A stretch of DNA of 52,479 nucleotides. Origin: Cyanobacteria bacterium J06626_4. Its GTDB lineage: Bacteria; Cyanobacteriota; Cyanobacteriia; Phormidesmidales; Phormidesmidaceae. Within the stretch, counting starts at the first letter, position 1. Each line of letters begins with the position of its first letter. Of the stretch, positions 1 through 9,365 are shown piece after piece. Made by a program: the position numbers and the translations under genes. The stretch spans positions 1 to 52,479 of the forward strand of contig JBCBJQ010000034.1 in NCBI GenBank assembly GCA_038523235.1. Reading direction: 5' to 3'. The notes beneath the pieces were generated by a model, which saw only the letters and a program-made list of their open reading frames with translations, was not told the DNA's origin and made no database searches.

Positions 1-401
1 GCAATCGCGTCATCTGCCTCGTAGAAAGGACGCTGGCAGAAGCGTCTTGCGGTCTTAAGCAACATCGAAGATCTCAGCTGAGTCTCACTGCTGATGAACA
101 AACAATTAATCGAGGTGCCCTTATTTAGACAGAAAGTTTCTACATATTGTCCCTGCCAGGGTATATCGACAGAAACTTTCTACCGATCGCCTCAAATCTG
201 CCCGATCGCAGCCAACCCTTCCACCTCTTATCCCGACAGCCAAAGATCGCCAGCGACCGGCCAACTTTTTCAAACCTAAATCTCATTCCATCGCACCCAT
301 ACAATGCTCAGGGCCTGCAAACGCAGTTCTTTACAGCAACGAGATACTGACCTGATCAAACCAGGGCAAGACGCCTCGCCAGACTTGATCTTGCCTTAGA
401 C

Positions 402-419
402 TAGGAATGATTATCATTC
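402..419 (+). promoter_or_regulatory. Fur-family (probably Zur) operator upstream of the COG0523 gene
   Basis: Perfect 7-1-7 palindrome GAATGAT-T-ATCATTC at 405-419. Overlapping TAGGAATGATTATCA (402-416) matches 11/14 of the cyanobacterial Zur consensus TGATAATnATTATCA. Lies 16 nt before the ATG. Confidence 0.7.
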
Positions 420-435
420 TTGTGGGTGATTCACC

Positions 436-1404
436 ATGGTCAACACCGCGATCGACACAGTGCCCGTAACCGTCCTCACGGGTTATTTGGGGGCTGGCAA
501 AACCACCTTGCTGAACCGCATCCTCACCTACGAGCACGGCAAAAAGGTGGCGGTGATCGTCAACGAGTTTGGGGAAGTCGGCATCGACAATCAACTGGTG
601 ATTGACGCTGACGAAGAAATCTTTGAGATGAATAACGGCTGTATCTGTTGCACAGTGCGGGGCGATCTGATTCGCATCATTGGCAACCTGATGAAGCGGC
701 GCGACAAGTTTGATCACCTGGTGATTGAAACCACGGGGTTGGCTGACCCCGCCCCCGTCATTCAGACCTTTTTTGTGGATGAAGACATGCAGGGGCGGCT
801 CAATTTGGATGCGGTCGTCACCGTCGTCGATGCCAAGCATATTCATGACCACTGGGAAGCAGACGAAGCTCAGGAACAGATCGCCTTTGCCGATGTAATT
901 TTGCTCAACAAGACCGATTTGGTGAGTGAGGCCGGCCTGGAAGCTCTAGAAGCCCGAATTCACACCATGAATGCGATGGCGAAGGTGTACCGCACCCGCG
1001 ATGCCGCCGTTGAGATGGACACGATTCTCGGCGTCAACGCCTTTGACTTGAATCGGGCGCTGGAAGTTGACCCCGACTTTTTGGGCGAAGATGCCCACGA
1101 ACACGACGAAACCGTTGGCTCCATTGCCCTGGTAGAAGCGGGGGAACTGGATGGCGAAAAACTCAACGCCTGGCTGAGCGAACTGCTGCAAACCCGAGGC
1201 CCCGATATCTTTCGGACGAAGGGCATTCTCAACATTGCGGGAGAAGATCAGCGGTTTGTGTTCCAGGGGGTACACATGCTGTTTGATGGTCGGGCCGATC
1301 GCCCCTGGAAGTCGACTGAAACCCGCAAGAATGAGTTGGTATTTATTGGTCGCAACCTGGACGAAACCCAACTGCGGGAGGACTTTCGCGCGTGCCTAGT
1401 GTGA
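436..1404 (+). CDS. COG0523/CobW-family G3E GTPase, putative zinc metallochaperone
   Basis: Walker A GYLGAGKT, NEFG, GCICC metal motif, ETTG, NKTD, short His patch (HEHD), CobW_C domain. Confidence 0.95.
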   Translation: MVNTAIDTVPVTVLTGYLGAGKTTLLNRILTYEHGKKVAVIVNEFGEVGIDNQLVIDADEEIFEMNNGCICCTVRGDLIRIIGNLMKRRDKFDHLVIETTGLADPAPVIQTFFVDEDMQGRLNLDAVVTVVDAKHIHDHWEADEAQEQIAFADVILLNKTDLVSEAGLEALEARIHTMNAMAKVYRTRDAAVEMDTILGVNAFDLNRALEVDPDFLGEDAHEHDETVGSIALVEAGELDGEKLNAWLSELLQTRGPDIFRTKGILNIAGEDQRFVFQGVHMLFDGRADRPWKSTETRKNELVFIGRNLDETQLREDFRACLV

Positions 1405-2450
1405 CCAAAACGCTGCTGACTGGTTGTCGGCAGGGCCATCTCAATGACTATGTGACGGCGATCGCTTGGTCGCCCAATCATGCCCTCGCGATCGCTTCTG
1501 CCGCTGGCGAAATCCTCCTGGTCAATCCCGAAACCCAGGAAGAGCATTGCCTCCAGTCAGCCAATGGCCAATCCATTGATTGTCTGGCCTTTTCTGCTGA
1601 CGGTCATTACCTCGCCGCTGGCGGCCAATCGGGTGAGCTCTTGATCTGGTCCATCCACTCACTGGCTCAGCCACCCATTGCCCTCCCTCACCCCCGCACC
1701 TGGCTCGATCACCTCACCTGGCATCCGACCCGTAACGAACTCGCCTTTAGTCTCGGTCGCTATGCCCAAGTCTGGGATGCGGAAACAGCCGAAATCGCCA
1801 CCACTCTCCAGTTTGAGACCTCGTCGGTACTCGATTTAGTCTGGCATCCCCGGGGCAGTCATCTGATTGTTAGTGGACATCAGGGCGTCAAAATCTGGCA
1901 TCGGGACGACTGGAATGCCGATCCTGAAGTGCGCGAAATTGTGGCGGCCAGTGTCGCGATCGCCCCCTCCCCTGACGGTCAATACCTCGCCTCCGGCAAT
2001 CTGGATAGCACGTTGCTGGTCTGGCCCTTCGACAGCGACGTGCCCTGGCGGATGAGCGGTTTTCCTGGCAAAGTGCGTCAACTCGCCTGGTCTGACGTCA
2101 CTGTCGGCAAAGCGCCCTTGTTGGCCACCGCTAGCGGCACTGGCGTGGTCATTTGGCGCAAAAAAAGTGACGCCAATGACGGTTGGGATGCCCAAGTCCT
2201 TGATTTGCATGATGAACGGGTGAACGCGATCGCCTTTCAACCCGGCAGCACCCTCCTCGCTTCCGCCGCTGAAGATGGCCAACTCTGCCTCTGGAAAAAG
2301 GCTCAACAAGTCGCCCAGATCTTAGAAGGTGCTCCCCAGGGGTTCTCTACCCTCGCCTGGAGTTTCAACGGCAAATGGCTCGCCGCCGGTGGACAGCAGG
2401 GTGAGTGGCTGGTGTGGCAGCAGAGCAATCGGGGCCAGGGGTTTGGCTAA
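1401..2450 (+). CDS. WD40-repeat beta-propeller protein
   Basis: Repeated AWSP/FSADG/LAxGG...W units. GTG start overlaps the cobW stop (GTGA); exact start uncertain. Confidence 0.88.
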   Translation: MTKTLLTGCRQGHLNDYVTAIAWSPNHALAIASAAGEILLVNPETQEEHCLQSANGQSIDCLAFSADGHYLAAGGQSGELLIWSIHSLAQPPIALPHPRTWLDHLTWHPTRNELAFSLGRYAQVWDAETAEIATTLQFETSSVLDLVWHPRGSHLIVSGHQGVKIWHRDDWNADPEVREIVAASVAIAPSPDGQYLASGNLDSTLLVWPFDSDVPWRMSGFPGKVRQLAWSDVTVGKAPLLATASGTGVVIWRKKSDANDGWDAQVLDLHDERVNAIAFQPGSTLLASAAEDGQLCLWKKAQQVAQILEGAPQGFSTLAWSFNGKWLAAGGQQGEWLVWQQSNRGQGFG

Positions 2451-2506
2451 TTGCGATGCAGGGCAGACGTCTACCGGCATGGTTCCAGGTCAGACTAGGG
2501 ATGGTT

Positions 2507-3118
2507 TCAAGCGATCGCCCGCCAAGATTGCGACAACACCGTGCCAGCAGAGCGGGCAAACACGACGGTGAGCAACAGACCCACTAACAAATCGGGGATG
2601 GGAGATTGGGTCAGAAACACCAGTCCCGCAGCCACCAAAACTGACGTATTGGCAATGATGTCGTTGCGGGAGCAGAGCCAGACGGACGACATATTCAAGT
2701 TGTCTTCACGATGGCGGGTCAGCAGCAATAGACAGAGCAGGTTAGCTGCCAGGGCTACCAAGCCAATGAGCCCCATAATTTCTGCGGTGGGTGCAGCCCC
2801 GATAGCAAATTGGTAGACGGCGCGGGCGAAGACGGCGATCGCAAACCCAAACATAATTACTCCCTTCAGAAGGGCTGCTCCCGCCTGAGCTTTAGCGCTG
2901 CGATGAATCACATAGAGGCTGGTGCCGTAGACCAGGGCATCGCCCAACATATCCAGGGAATCTCCCGTCAGTGAAAGGGATGCGGCTCGCAGCCCCGCCC
3001 CAAACTCGACGACAAACATCACCAGATTAATCCCCAACACCACCCAAAGCACCCGAGCCTGACGCTTTTTGAGTTGAGTCAAGGCTTCGGCTTTATTCTG
3101 ACAGCAGCGATCGACCAT
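2507..3118 (-). CDS. CDF-family cation (Cd/Zn/Co) efflux transporter, membrane domain only
   Basis: DSLDMLGDA and SRNDIIAN metal-site helices, N-terminal CC. ATG at 3118 preferred over TTG at 3139, which lies inside the operator. Confidence 0.85.
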   Translation of the reverse strand: MVDRCCQNKAEALTQLKKRQARVLWVVLGINLVMFVVEFGAGLRAASLSLTGDSLDMLGDALVYGTSLYVIHRSAKAQAGAALLKGVIMFGFAIAVFARAVYQFAIGAAPTAEIMGLIGLVALAANLLCLLLLTRHREDNLNMSSVWLCSRNDIIANTSVLVAAGLVFLTQSPIPDLLVGLLLTVVFARSAGTVLSQSWRAIA

Positions 3119-3130
3119 TGCTTTTACCCA

Positions 3131-3188
3131 AACGTTCAAATGAATATTTGAATAAAGGATAGGTCATTATGATGATCATTTGAACGTT
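3131..3188 (-). promoter_or_regulatory. ArsR/CadC-type operator region
   Basis: Palindrome TTCAAAT-GAAT-ATTTGAA (3135-3152) resembles the CadC operator TCAAATAAATATTTGAA. Perfect 13-bp inverted repeat AACGTTCAAATGA (3131-3143) / TCATTTGAACGTT (3176-3188). Confidence 0.7.
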
Positions 3189-3485
3189 CTCAAGCAATCC
3201 AGCGCGGTTCGGTTACGGTGGGGAGAGATTGGCGCTTTAGGATTGATACTTGCCCATAAAAGATCAGATGGGTCGCAGCGTGAGGTAGACGCTCAAGAGC
3301 GCGAGGTTCTCGTGAGTAGGGGTGTCATATTCTGCCTAAACGCCCAGCCTGGGATGTGACCAAACCCGTTGAAAGCCCTACGGCATGGGTGTCTTGATAG
3401 GTTTGAGAGCTTATCATATTGGGTGGAATGATTCTCTCTAATAAATAGTTAGGTTTTTGTCTTTCCTAAAGATATTGTTTCAAAA

Positions 3486-3773
3486 ATGCCAACTCACATC
3501 TATTGCGATATTGATGAGGATAATCCATTCGATACAGTCGCTGGATTTGACGGAGGGGAAGATGCTTGGGATCTTCCCACCCAAATTCATGAGCTAGAAC
3601 GATGGTTAAGTATTCATCTTAAAGAATTAGATCAAGGATCTTATGTTGCTGATATTGGCTTCACTTTGCGAGAAGGAGCCAGTGGCGGCGGGGCTGTGAT
3701 GTCTAGAAAATTGATTGCGATGCTTCACGAAGTTGGTATGGAAGTTTATTTTTCTGAATATTGGTTGACTTAG
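3486..3773 (+). CDS. Hypothetical acidic protein (95 aa)
   Basis: Clean AT-rich ORF with ATG start; no family recognised. Confidence 0.6.
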   Translation: MPTHIYCDIDEDNPFDTVAGFDGGEDAWDLPTQIHELERWLSIHLKELDQGSYVADIGFTLREGASGGGAVMSRKLIAMLHEVGMEVYFSEYWLT

Positions 3774-3882
3774 CACGATCGCTTATCGTTATCGACCAAG
3801 TTGATGCGATGAAACTCAGCACTTCGCAAGCATAGTTCCACTAAATATCTCTGCTTAAAACTCACACGTTCTTATCCCAACT

Positions 3883-4422
3883 ATGCGCTCCAATATTGAT
3901 CCTGAGAAAATAGAGCAGCTGATGGAAATCCTTGGCAGAGAAGCTCGTGGTTCGGGCTCTGTCTACTTCACGGGAGGGGCTAGCGCTTTGTTGATTGGCT
4001 GGCGAAGTTCTACCGTTGATATTGATATTCGTTTAGACCCTGAACCACCAGGAATTTTTCAAGCCATTGCTAAACTCAAACAAAAACTCAACATCAACAT
4101 TGAACTGGCTTCACCCCAGGACTTTTTGCCACCCCTTCCAGGATGGCGTGATAGGAGTGTGTTTATCGGCAAACGCGGAAAAATTTTGTTCTATCATTAT
4201 GACTTTACTGCTCAAGCGCTTTCTAAGCTCTCAAGAGGATACGATCGCGACCTTAGTGATGTTCGGGCTATGTATGCACAGGGATTATTTTCGTTGGAAG
4301 ATTTGAGTAATTGCTTAAGCGCAATTGAGCCTGAATTGATTCGTTTCCCTTCTCTTAATCCTGAGACTTTAAAGAGCCGGCTCAGTAATTTTATTGAACA
4401 GACATTATCAGAAGGAAGTTAA
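3883..4422 (+). CDS. DUF6036-like nucleotidyltransferase (DNA pol beta superfamily)
   Basis: GG(A)S motif, TVDIDI acidic motif, K-x-x-R-x-x-x-RD C-terminal motif. Confidence 0.75.
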   Translation: MRSNIDPEKIEQLMEILGREARGSGSVYFTGGASALLIGWRSSTVDIDIRLDPEPPGIFQAIAKLKQKLNINIELASPQDFLPPLPGWRDRSVFIGKRGKILFYHYDFTAQALSKLSRGYDRDLSDVRAMYAQGLFSLEDLSNCLSAIEPELIRFPSLNPETLKSRLSNFIEQTLSEGS

Positions 4423-4424
4423 TT

Positions 4425-4709
4425 ATGGAATTGCAAGAATTACCAGGAGCGGAATTAATTTTGCCGGGACTGGAGGATTTACACAACGGTAACTCTGAAA
4501 CAGTTGGAGCTTTATTGATTGCGATCGCATCAACGCGCCTAACTGAAGCAGGTCTGGATTTTCACATAAGTCACTTGATTCCAGAGCCAGAGCTAACACT
4601 GTACGACCGTTTACAACATGAACGGGACGATGCTTATCCTTACTACAATGCTTTATTGAGCAGTCTCAACAGCTTTTGCAATGCGCTAGAACTTGCTAAG
4701 GTTACCTAA
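4425..4709 (+). CDS. Small hypothetical protein coupled to the nucleotidyltransferase
   Basis: Starts 2 nt after the upstream stop; 94 aa, helical-looking. Confidence 0.65.
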   Translation: MELQELPGAELILPGLEDLHNGNSETVGALLIAIASTRLTEAGLDFHISHLIPEPELTLYDRLQHERDDAYPYYNALLSSLNSFCNALELAKVT

Positions 4710-4799
4710 CAATTCGTTGGTGCCCCGGAACGAAAGGTATCGGTGAGAATTCAGGTCTGCCTACTGCTGCGCTACAGACCTCCCTGGTTCGTAGAATCT

Positions 4800-4989
4800 T
4801 TAATCCACTGACTGTCTCAGTGAATAGTTGAGAATTTCGGAGACTCGCCGATCGCGCAACGAATAGCAGGCCAGCTTGCCATCATTGCGATATTGGAGAA
4901 TCTTCAAGTCCCACAGTTTGCGGAGATGATGGGAGGAGATCGCGCCTTTCACCTCTAGCAGAGTGGCGATGTCGCAAACGCAGAGTTCC
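4800..4989 (-). pseudogene. 3'-end remnant of the CadC-like repressor (diverged duplicate of 5860-6049)
   Basis: About 27 mismatches in 190 bp by manual alignment. Encodes ELCVCDIATLLEVK...YSLRQ; sequence upstream of 4989 is unrelated. Confidence 0.85.
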
Positions 4990-5169
4990 ATTGTAGGTCG
5001 GGTAGACGACAGCAAACCCCACACTACAAGCCCCCTGATTGTGCAGGATATCAGCAAATACTCTGCCTTCTCGCTGGCTGGCATTTCACAGGGCACAAGC
5101 ATGCCTCAGGCAATTTCTAGATAAAATAAGAATTAGTTTCTGCTCTGGCAGGTAGAGAGGAAAATCTAA

Positions 5170-5733
5170 ATGGTACAAGCACCATCTAAAACACTGAGCT
5201 TGGCGGAATTTCTACAGTTGCCAGAGACAACACCGGCAAGTGAATACATTGATGGCCAAATTATTCAGAAACCGATGCCCCAAGGGAAACATAGTGTAAT
5301 TCAAGGGGAACTTGTGCCCGCTATCAATGGGGTAGTTAAGCCTAAGCAGATTGCTCGTGCCTTTCCTGAGCTCCGCTGTACCTTTGGGGGGCGTTCAACG
5401 GTTCCTGACATCGCAGTGTTTCTGTGGAACCGAATTCCTCGTGATGAGAATGGGGAAGTGGCCAACACATTCCCGGCTGCACTCGATTGGACCATTGAAA
5501 TCCTGTCTCCTGATCAAAGCCAAACGAAAGTAACCGAGAATATTCTTCATTGCCTGCAGCACGGAACTGAAGTGGGTTGGTTAATTGATCCAGGTGAACA
5601 AACTGTGTTTGTCTATCGTCCAAAACAAGCCCCTGAAGTATTCGATGAGCCAGATGGAATCATTCCTGTAACATCCTTTGCAAGTGAGTTACAGCTTACG
5701 GTCAAAGAGTTGTTTGCTTGGCTACTGGAGTAA
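5170..5733 (+). CDS. Uma2-family (DUF820) PD-(D/E)XK endonuclease-like protein
   Basis: SEYIDG...KPMPQGKHS, VPDIAVF, IEILSPDQ, GWLIDP. Confidence 0.92.
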   Translation: MVQAPSKTLSLAEFLQLPETTPASEYIDGQIIQKPMPQGKHSVIQGELVPAINGVVKPKQIARAFPELRCTFGGRSTVPDIAVFLWNRIPRDENGEVANTFPAALDWTIEILSPDQSQTKVTENILHCLQHGTEVGWLIDPGEQTVFVYRPKQAPEVFDEPDGIIPVTSFASELQLTVKELFAWLLE

Positions 5734-5859
5734 AACTTGGGTCGTTACCAGTATGCTAAAGCTAGCTGGGTGAGGATGGAACTCACTTGCTGATGAGATG
5801 TCAAGCTTCCTTGCTGCTGCATAGCGCGCCCATCACACGCCTTCTCATCCCTAAAATGC

Positions 5860-6225
5860 CTAATCAACTAACTGTCTCAATGAATAGTTGAGAATATCGG
5901 ATACTCTTTGATCGCGTAACGAATAGTAGGCCAACTTGCCATCGTTACGATATTTGAGAATCTTCAAGTCCCGCAGCTTGCGGAGATGGTGAGAGGCCGT
6001 TGCGACTTTGACCTCTAGTAGGGTGGCGATGTCGCAAACGCAGAGTTCCTGGTCGTGGCTTAGGGCATACAAAATTTTCAGTCGTGAACGATCGCCCAAC
6101 GCGCTAAAGATAATCTGAGCCGTCTCCAGGGTGTCATCACTGGGCAGCGTATTTTGAACATGCTGCACCAACTCAATGTTGAAGCACCGAATCTGGCAAA
6201 GGTCCTTGGGCTTAGAGTTGCTCAC
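5860..6225 (-). CDS. ArsR/SmtB-family metalloregulator, CadC-like
   Basis: N-terminal DLCQIRC plus ELCVCD (alpha3N Cys site as in CadC); SHHLRKL HTH. Confidence 0.9.
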   Translation of the reverse strand: MSNSKPKDLCQIRCFNIELVQHVQNTLPSDDTLETAQIIFSALGDRSRLKILYALSHDQELCVCDIATLLEVKVATASHHLRKLRDLKILKYRNDGKLAYYSLRDQRVSDILNYSLRQLVD

Positions 6226-6290
6226 AAATGGATCAGGGATTGTATGGGCTCATTATGGCGTATGAGCTGGGGTTCAGCGTCGGTAGATGC

Positions 6291-7517
6291 TTAGGCAAAC
6301 GATAGGGTGGCTTTGGTGAGGGCGGGCACGATTCTGTCGCAGGCCAGCTTGCCGCCAAACAAATTCCGCGCGACGGGACCCACTCGCAGCGCCGCCCAAG
6401 GCCCCATCAAAAAGAGTTCGCACCCTGGCCAGCGGAGATATTCATCTAATATGGGCAAGCCGTTGACGGTAGCGATGGGGTGTTGCTCCCAGACGTCTGC
6501 CAACAGGGGATGAGATCGGATATCTAAGGTCGTGCCTGTGGCGAGCCAGACACGGTGAATGGGTTGATGGGCGATGCAGTCATGCACCGATTGGTTATCG
6601 CAGCACACCTTCCAGGTATCCCCTTGCCACTGGGCAGCCGCCACCTGACAGTGCTCATAAAAGGTGATGTGCCCCTGCCGCTGAAGCTGCCGCAGGCGAG
6701 TCATCATCGCAGGTGTGAGCGAACCGCCGTTGCGAGCCTGCTGGATCATCTGCCAACGGCTTTGCATATCCGGTTCGGCGTGAAATCCTTTCAGATACTT
6801 TGGCCCCAGCCACCCCGGCTCAGCATCAAACAGCTTTTCTTGAAAGGTACGCCGCGCCATCATCACCACATTTGCGCCGCGCTTCACCGCCCCGACGGCT
6901 AGGTGCCCGCTGGTTAAGCCACTGCCCACAATGAGCACAGTTTCACCCGCGAGGGAACTGAGAGCAGGCAACCGAATCTGGTTGGCATGGCACAGCCGTT
7001 CGGGGGGATAGATCGCACTGATTTGCTTGACCCAATCGGGCAGATAGGGCTGGCCACCCCCAGCAGCTAACACGACCCGCCGCGCCAGCACGGTATCCCC
7101 GGTCGATAAGGTCAACCGAAACCGGGCAGGTTTTTTCTGCCAGGGCTCCAGTCGGGTGACTGCGGCGGGCACCACCTGATTTTGCAACTGCCAACGCTGC
7201 ACCACCGTGTCGCAGAATTCCTGAAACAATCGCGTACCGGGGCGATCGTAGGGCGGGTGCAGTTCCGCATAGCGCCCTTCAGCAAAGGTGCGCAGGGCAT
7301 GGGCATTAGGGTCGGGATGATGGACGGCAGGCGATCGCAGATCTTGAATTTCTTGAGCCGCAAACTGCTGCTGCCACTGGGTCATCCAGGTACCGCTGGG
7401 GTCAAAGACCTGGATGCGATCGCGCAGTTTCGCTTTCTTTTGCAAGACGTGGGTGACCAGGGTGAGGGCCTGCGGTCCGGCCCCAATAACAGCAATGTCG
7501 GTCGGCAATTGAGCCAT
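6291..7517 (-). CDS. FAD/NAD(P)-binding oxidoreductase (class B flavoprotein monooxygenase-like)
   Basis: Two Rossmann motifs (VIGAGP, IVGSGLTS), LRSP and WLATG motifs. Confidence 0.85.
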   Translation of the reverse strand: MAQLPTDIAVIGAGPQALTLVTHVLQKKAKLRDRIQVFDPSGTWMTQWQQQFAAQEIQDLRSPAVHHPDPNAHALRTFAEGRYAELHPPYDRPGTRLFQEFCDTVVQRWQLQNQVVPAAVTRLEPWQKKPARFRLTLSTGDTVLARRVVLAAGGGQPYLPDWVKQISAIYPPERLCHANQIRLPALSSLAGETVLIVGSGLTSGHLAVGAVKRGANVVMMARRTFQEKLFDAEPGWLGPKYLKGFHAEPDMQSRWQMIQQARNGGSLTPAMMTRLRQLQRQGHITFYEHCQVAAAQWQGDTWKVCCDNQSVHDCIAHQPIHRVWLATGTTLDIRSHPLLADVWEQHPIATVNGLPILDEYLRWPGCELFLMGPWAALRVGPVARNLFGGKLACDRIVPALTKATLSFA

Positions 7518-7569
7518 ATATATTAGGGTTGACTGTGGTTGCTCAAATAAAATGCGAGCAATATGATTA

Positions 7570-7584
7570 TGATAATGATTATCG
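7570..7584. promoter_or_regulatory. Zur box between divergent genes
   Basis: TGATAATGATTATCG matches 13/14 of TGATAATnATTATCA. Confidence 0.85.
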
Positions 7585-7602
7585 TTACCACCTTACCAGC
7601 CT

Positions 7603-8352
7603 ATGATCACTGTCGTCGCTGGCCCCTGCGGTGCTGGCAAAACGACCTGGATTCTGCAGGAATTGCTTCAGATACCGACGCCTGTGGTTTACGTCACACC
7701 GGCAGTCGGGTCGGTGCCGATTGATGCTACTCGCGTGAAGGCGCGATTTCCCCAGGTCGAAATCTTCGATCACCAGTCCGAAACGGAACTGCTACAACGC
7801 TTGGCGGCGGGCGTACCTGCCTACTTTGAGTTGGGCTTTCAGCTAGAGACGGACATCCCGCTATTGGCAGATCGGCCGCATCGTCGGGTGGCGCTGCTGG
7901 CTGAGGAGAATCAGGAAGCAGGCTGGCAATTGTGGGCGGATACCGTCATCCAGGGCAATCCATCCACCCTGGATATGCAAGCGGCGCAGCTGTGGCGGGC
8001 TCCCCTGAGTGGTCAAGTATTTGACTCGCCCAGCCTGGATACCTTCTGGCAAGAACTAACTCAAGGAGCCTATGGCGAAGTGCATCGGGCCAAAGGCATT
8101 TTTGAACAGAGCGATGGTCAGGCCTTTCATCTCGACTTTATGAACAGCTTGCCGGGTAATGCCTACACTGAACTCAATTTGCCGCGATGCGTGCAGGGGC
8201 GTCCCAATCGCTTTAGCGGCCTGGAGGTGGTGGGGCAAGGACTGGATGAAAGGGCGATCGCCGCCACCCTCAAAGACTGCTATTTATCCGACTCACTCCT
8301 CGCCGCTCATCAGGCGACCCTAAACGACTCTGTCCCCCTGGAGGTGGCATGA
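7603..8352 (+). CDS. Degenerate COG0523-like protein (P-loop plus CobW C-terminal domain)
   Basis: GPCGAGKT Walker A and C-terminal YGEVHRAKGIF...LEVVG; no CxCC or NEFG motif. Confidence 0.8.
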   Translation: MITVVAGPCGAGKTTWILQELLQIPTPVVYVTPAVGSVPIDATRVKARFPQVEIFDHQSETELLQRLAAGVPAYFELGFQLETDIPLLADRPHRRVALLAEENQEAGWQLWADTVIQGNPSTLDMQAAQLWRAPLSGQVFDSPSLDTFWQELTQGAYGEVHRAKGIFEQSDGQAFHLDFMNSLPGNAYTELNLPRCVQGRPNRFSGLEVVGQGLDERAIAATLKDCYLSDSLLAAHQATLNDSVPLEVA

Positions 8353-9167
8353 ACATTGCAGTCCTATCCTGTATCCACAGCAATCTCGCCGCCTTGGAAG
8401 CCGTCCTGCGAGATATCGACCAGCAGCCCGTTGATCAGATCTATTGCCTCGGCGATCTGGTCGGTTACGGCCCCTATCCCAACGAAGTGGTCGCCCGCAT
8501 TCGCGAACTCGACATTCCCACCTGCCAAGGCTGTTGGGATGAAGACATTGTTGACGGGCTCAATGCCTGCGACTGCAGCTATCCGTCCCTGTTGGCCGAG
8601 ACCCGAGGTCACCTGGCCCACGAGTGGACGAATCGGGAAGTCACGCCTGAAACCCGCGCCTACCTGGCCAGTTTGCCCCTAACACTGCAACAGGACAATC
8701 TGTGCTTTGTTCACGGCAGTCCCCACAGCCAGCACGAATATTTGCTGCCTGACACCAGCGCCTTCATCGCTCTGGAACGAGTCCTCGCCACCGGAGCCGA
8801 CACTCTCTTCTGCGGCCACACCCACGTTCCCTACGTGCGCAACTTAGAAAACAGCCATCTCACTCTCAAAGCGGTTCACCCAGCCACTCCTTCACCCTCC
8901 CACTCTCCCACTCCTCTCTCTTCCCTCAAGCGCATCATTAATGCGGGTTCCGTCGGCGAACCCCGTCATGGTCGGCCCAACGCCACTTACGTCATCTACA
9001 ACACCGACACCCAACAGGCCGAACTCCGCGAAGTTGAATACGACTATGCCCAAACCTGCGACGCCATTCTTGAAAAAGGACTACCCGCGATCTTTGCTTG
9101 GCGACTTTCTCAAGGGCTGGAGTATGCCGAAAAAGCCGACGACCCCACTCATGTTTGTGAACGGTAG
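8349..9167 (+). CDS. Metallophosphoesterase-family protein
   Basis: GDLVGYGP, HGSP, CGHTH, NAGSVG; ATGA overlap with the upstream gene. Confidence 0.92.
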   Translation: MNIAVLSCIHSNLAALEAVLRDIDQQPVDQIYCLGDLVGYGPYPNEVVARIRELDIPTCQGCWDEDIVDGLNACDCSYPSLLAETRGHLAHEWTNREVTPETRAYLASLPLTLQQDNLCFVHGSPHSQHEYLLPDTSAFIALERVLATGADTLFCGHTHVPYVRNLENSHLTLKAVHPATPSPSHSPTPLSSLKRIINAGSVGEPRHGRPNATYVIYNTDTQQAELREVEYDYAQTCDAILEKGLPAIFAWRLSQGLEYAEKADDPTHVCER

Positions 9168-9365
9168 AGGGGAGTAGGGAATAGGGGACAGGGAGTAGGG
9201 AATAAGGGAGTAGAGCAAACGCGATGCTCAGAACCCAAAACCCAAAACTTAACACCGACAAACTACTCCCCATTGCCCTGACTTCCGTTCGGCTGAGCTC
9301 GCGTCGAAGCCCACTCTTCACCAACCCATCCACCCCCTACTCACCCACCCATCCACTCTCCACCC
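9168..9365. repeat. Short tandem (STRR-like) repeats plus a REP-like motif
   Basis: GGGA(G/A)TA heptamers, ACCCAAA repeats, CACCCATC-like units and GTTCGGCTGAGCTCGCGTCGAAGCC. Confidence 0.6.

Noticed and set aside
94..852. Short ORFs at the window start and the many antisense or alternate-frame ORFs in the track
   Set aside because: Shadows of well-supported genes, or lacking any protein-like features
4990..5102. N-terminus of the 100-aa ORF 4800-5102 as a second intact ArsR gene
   Set aside because: Homology stops at 4989; the upstream codons are unrelated and the first ArsR helices are missing
9168..9365. Repeats as a CRISPR array
   Set aside because: 7-8 bp low-complexity units with no repeat-spacer periodicity and no cas genes
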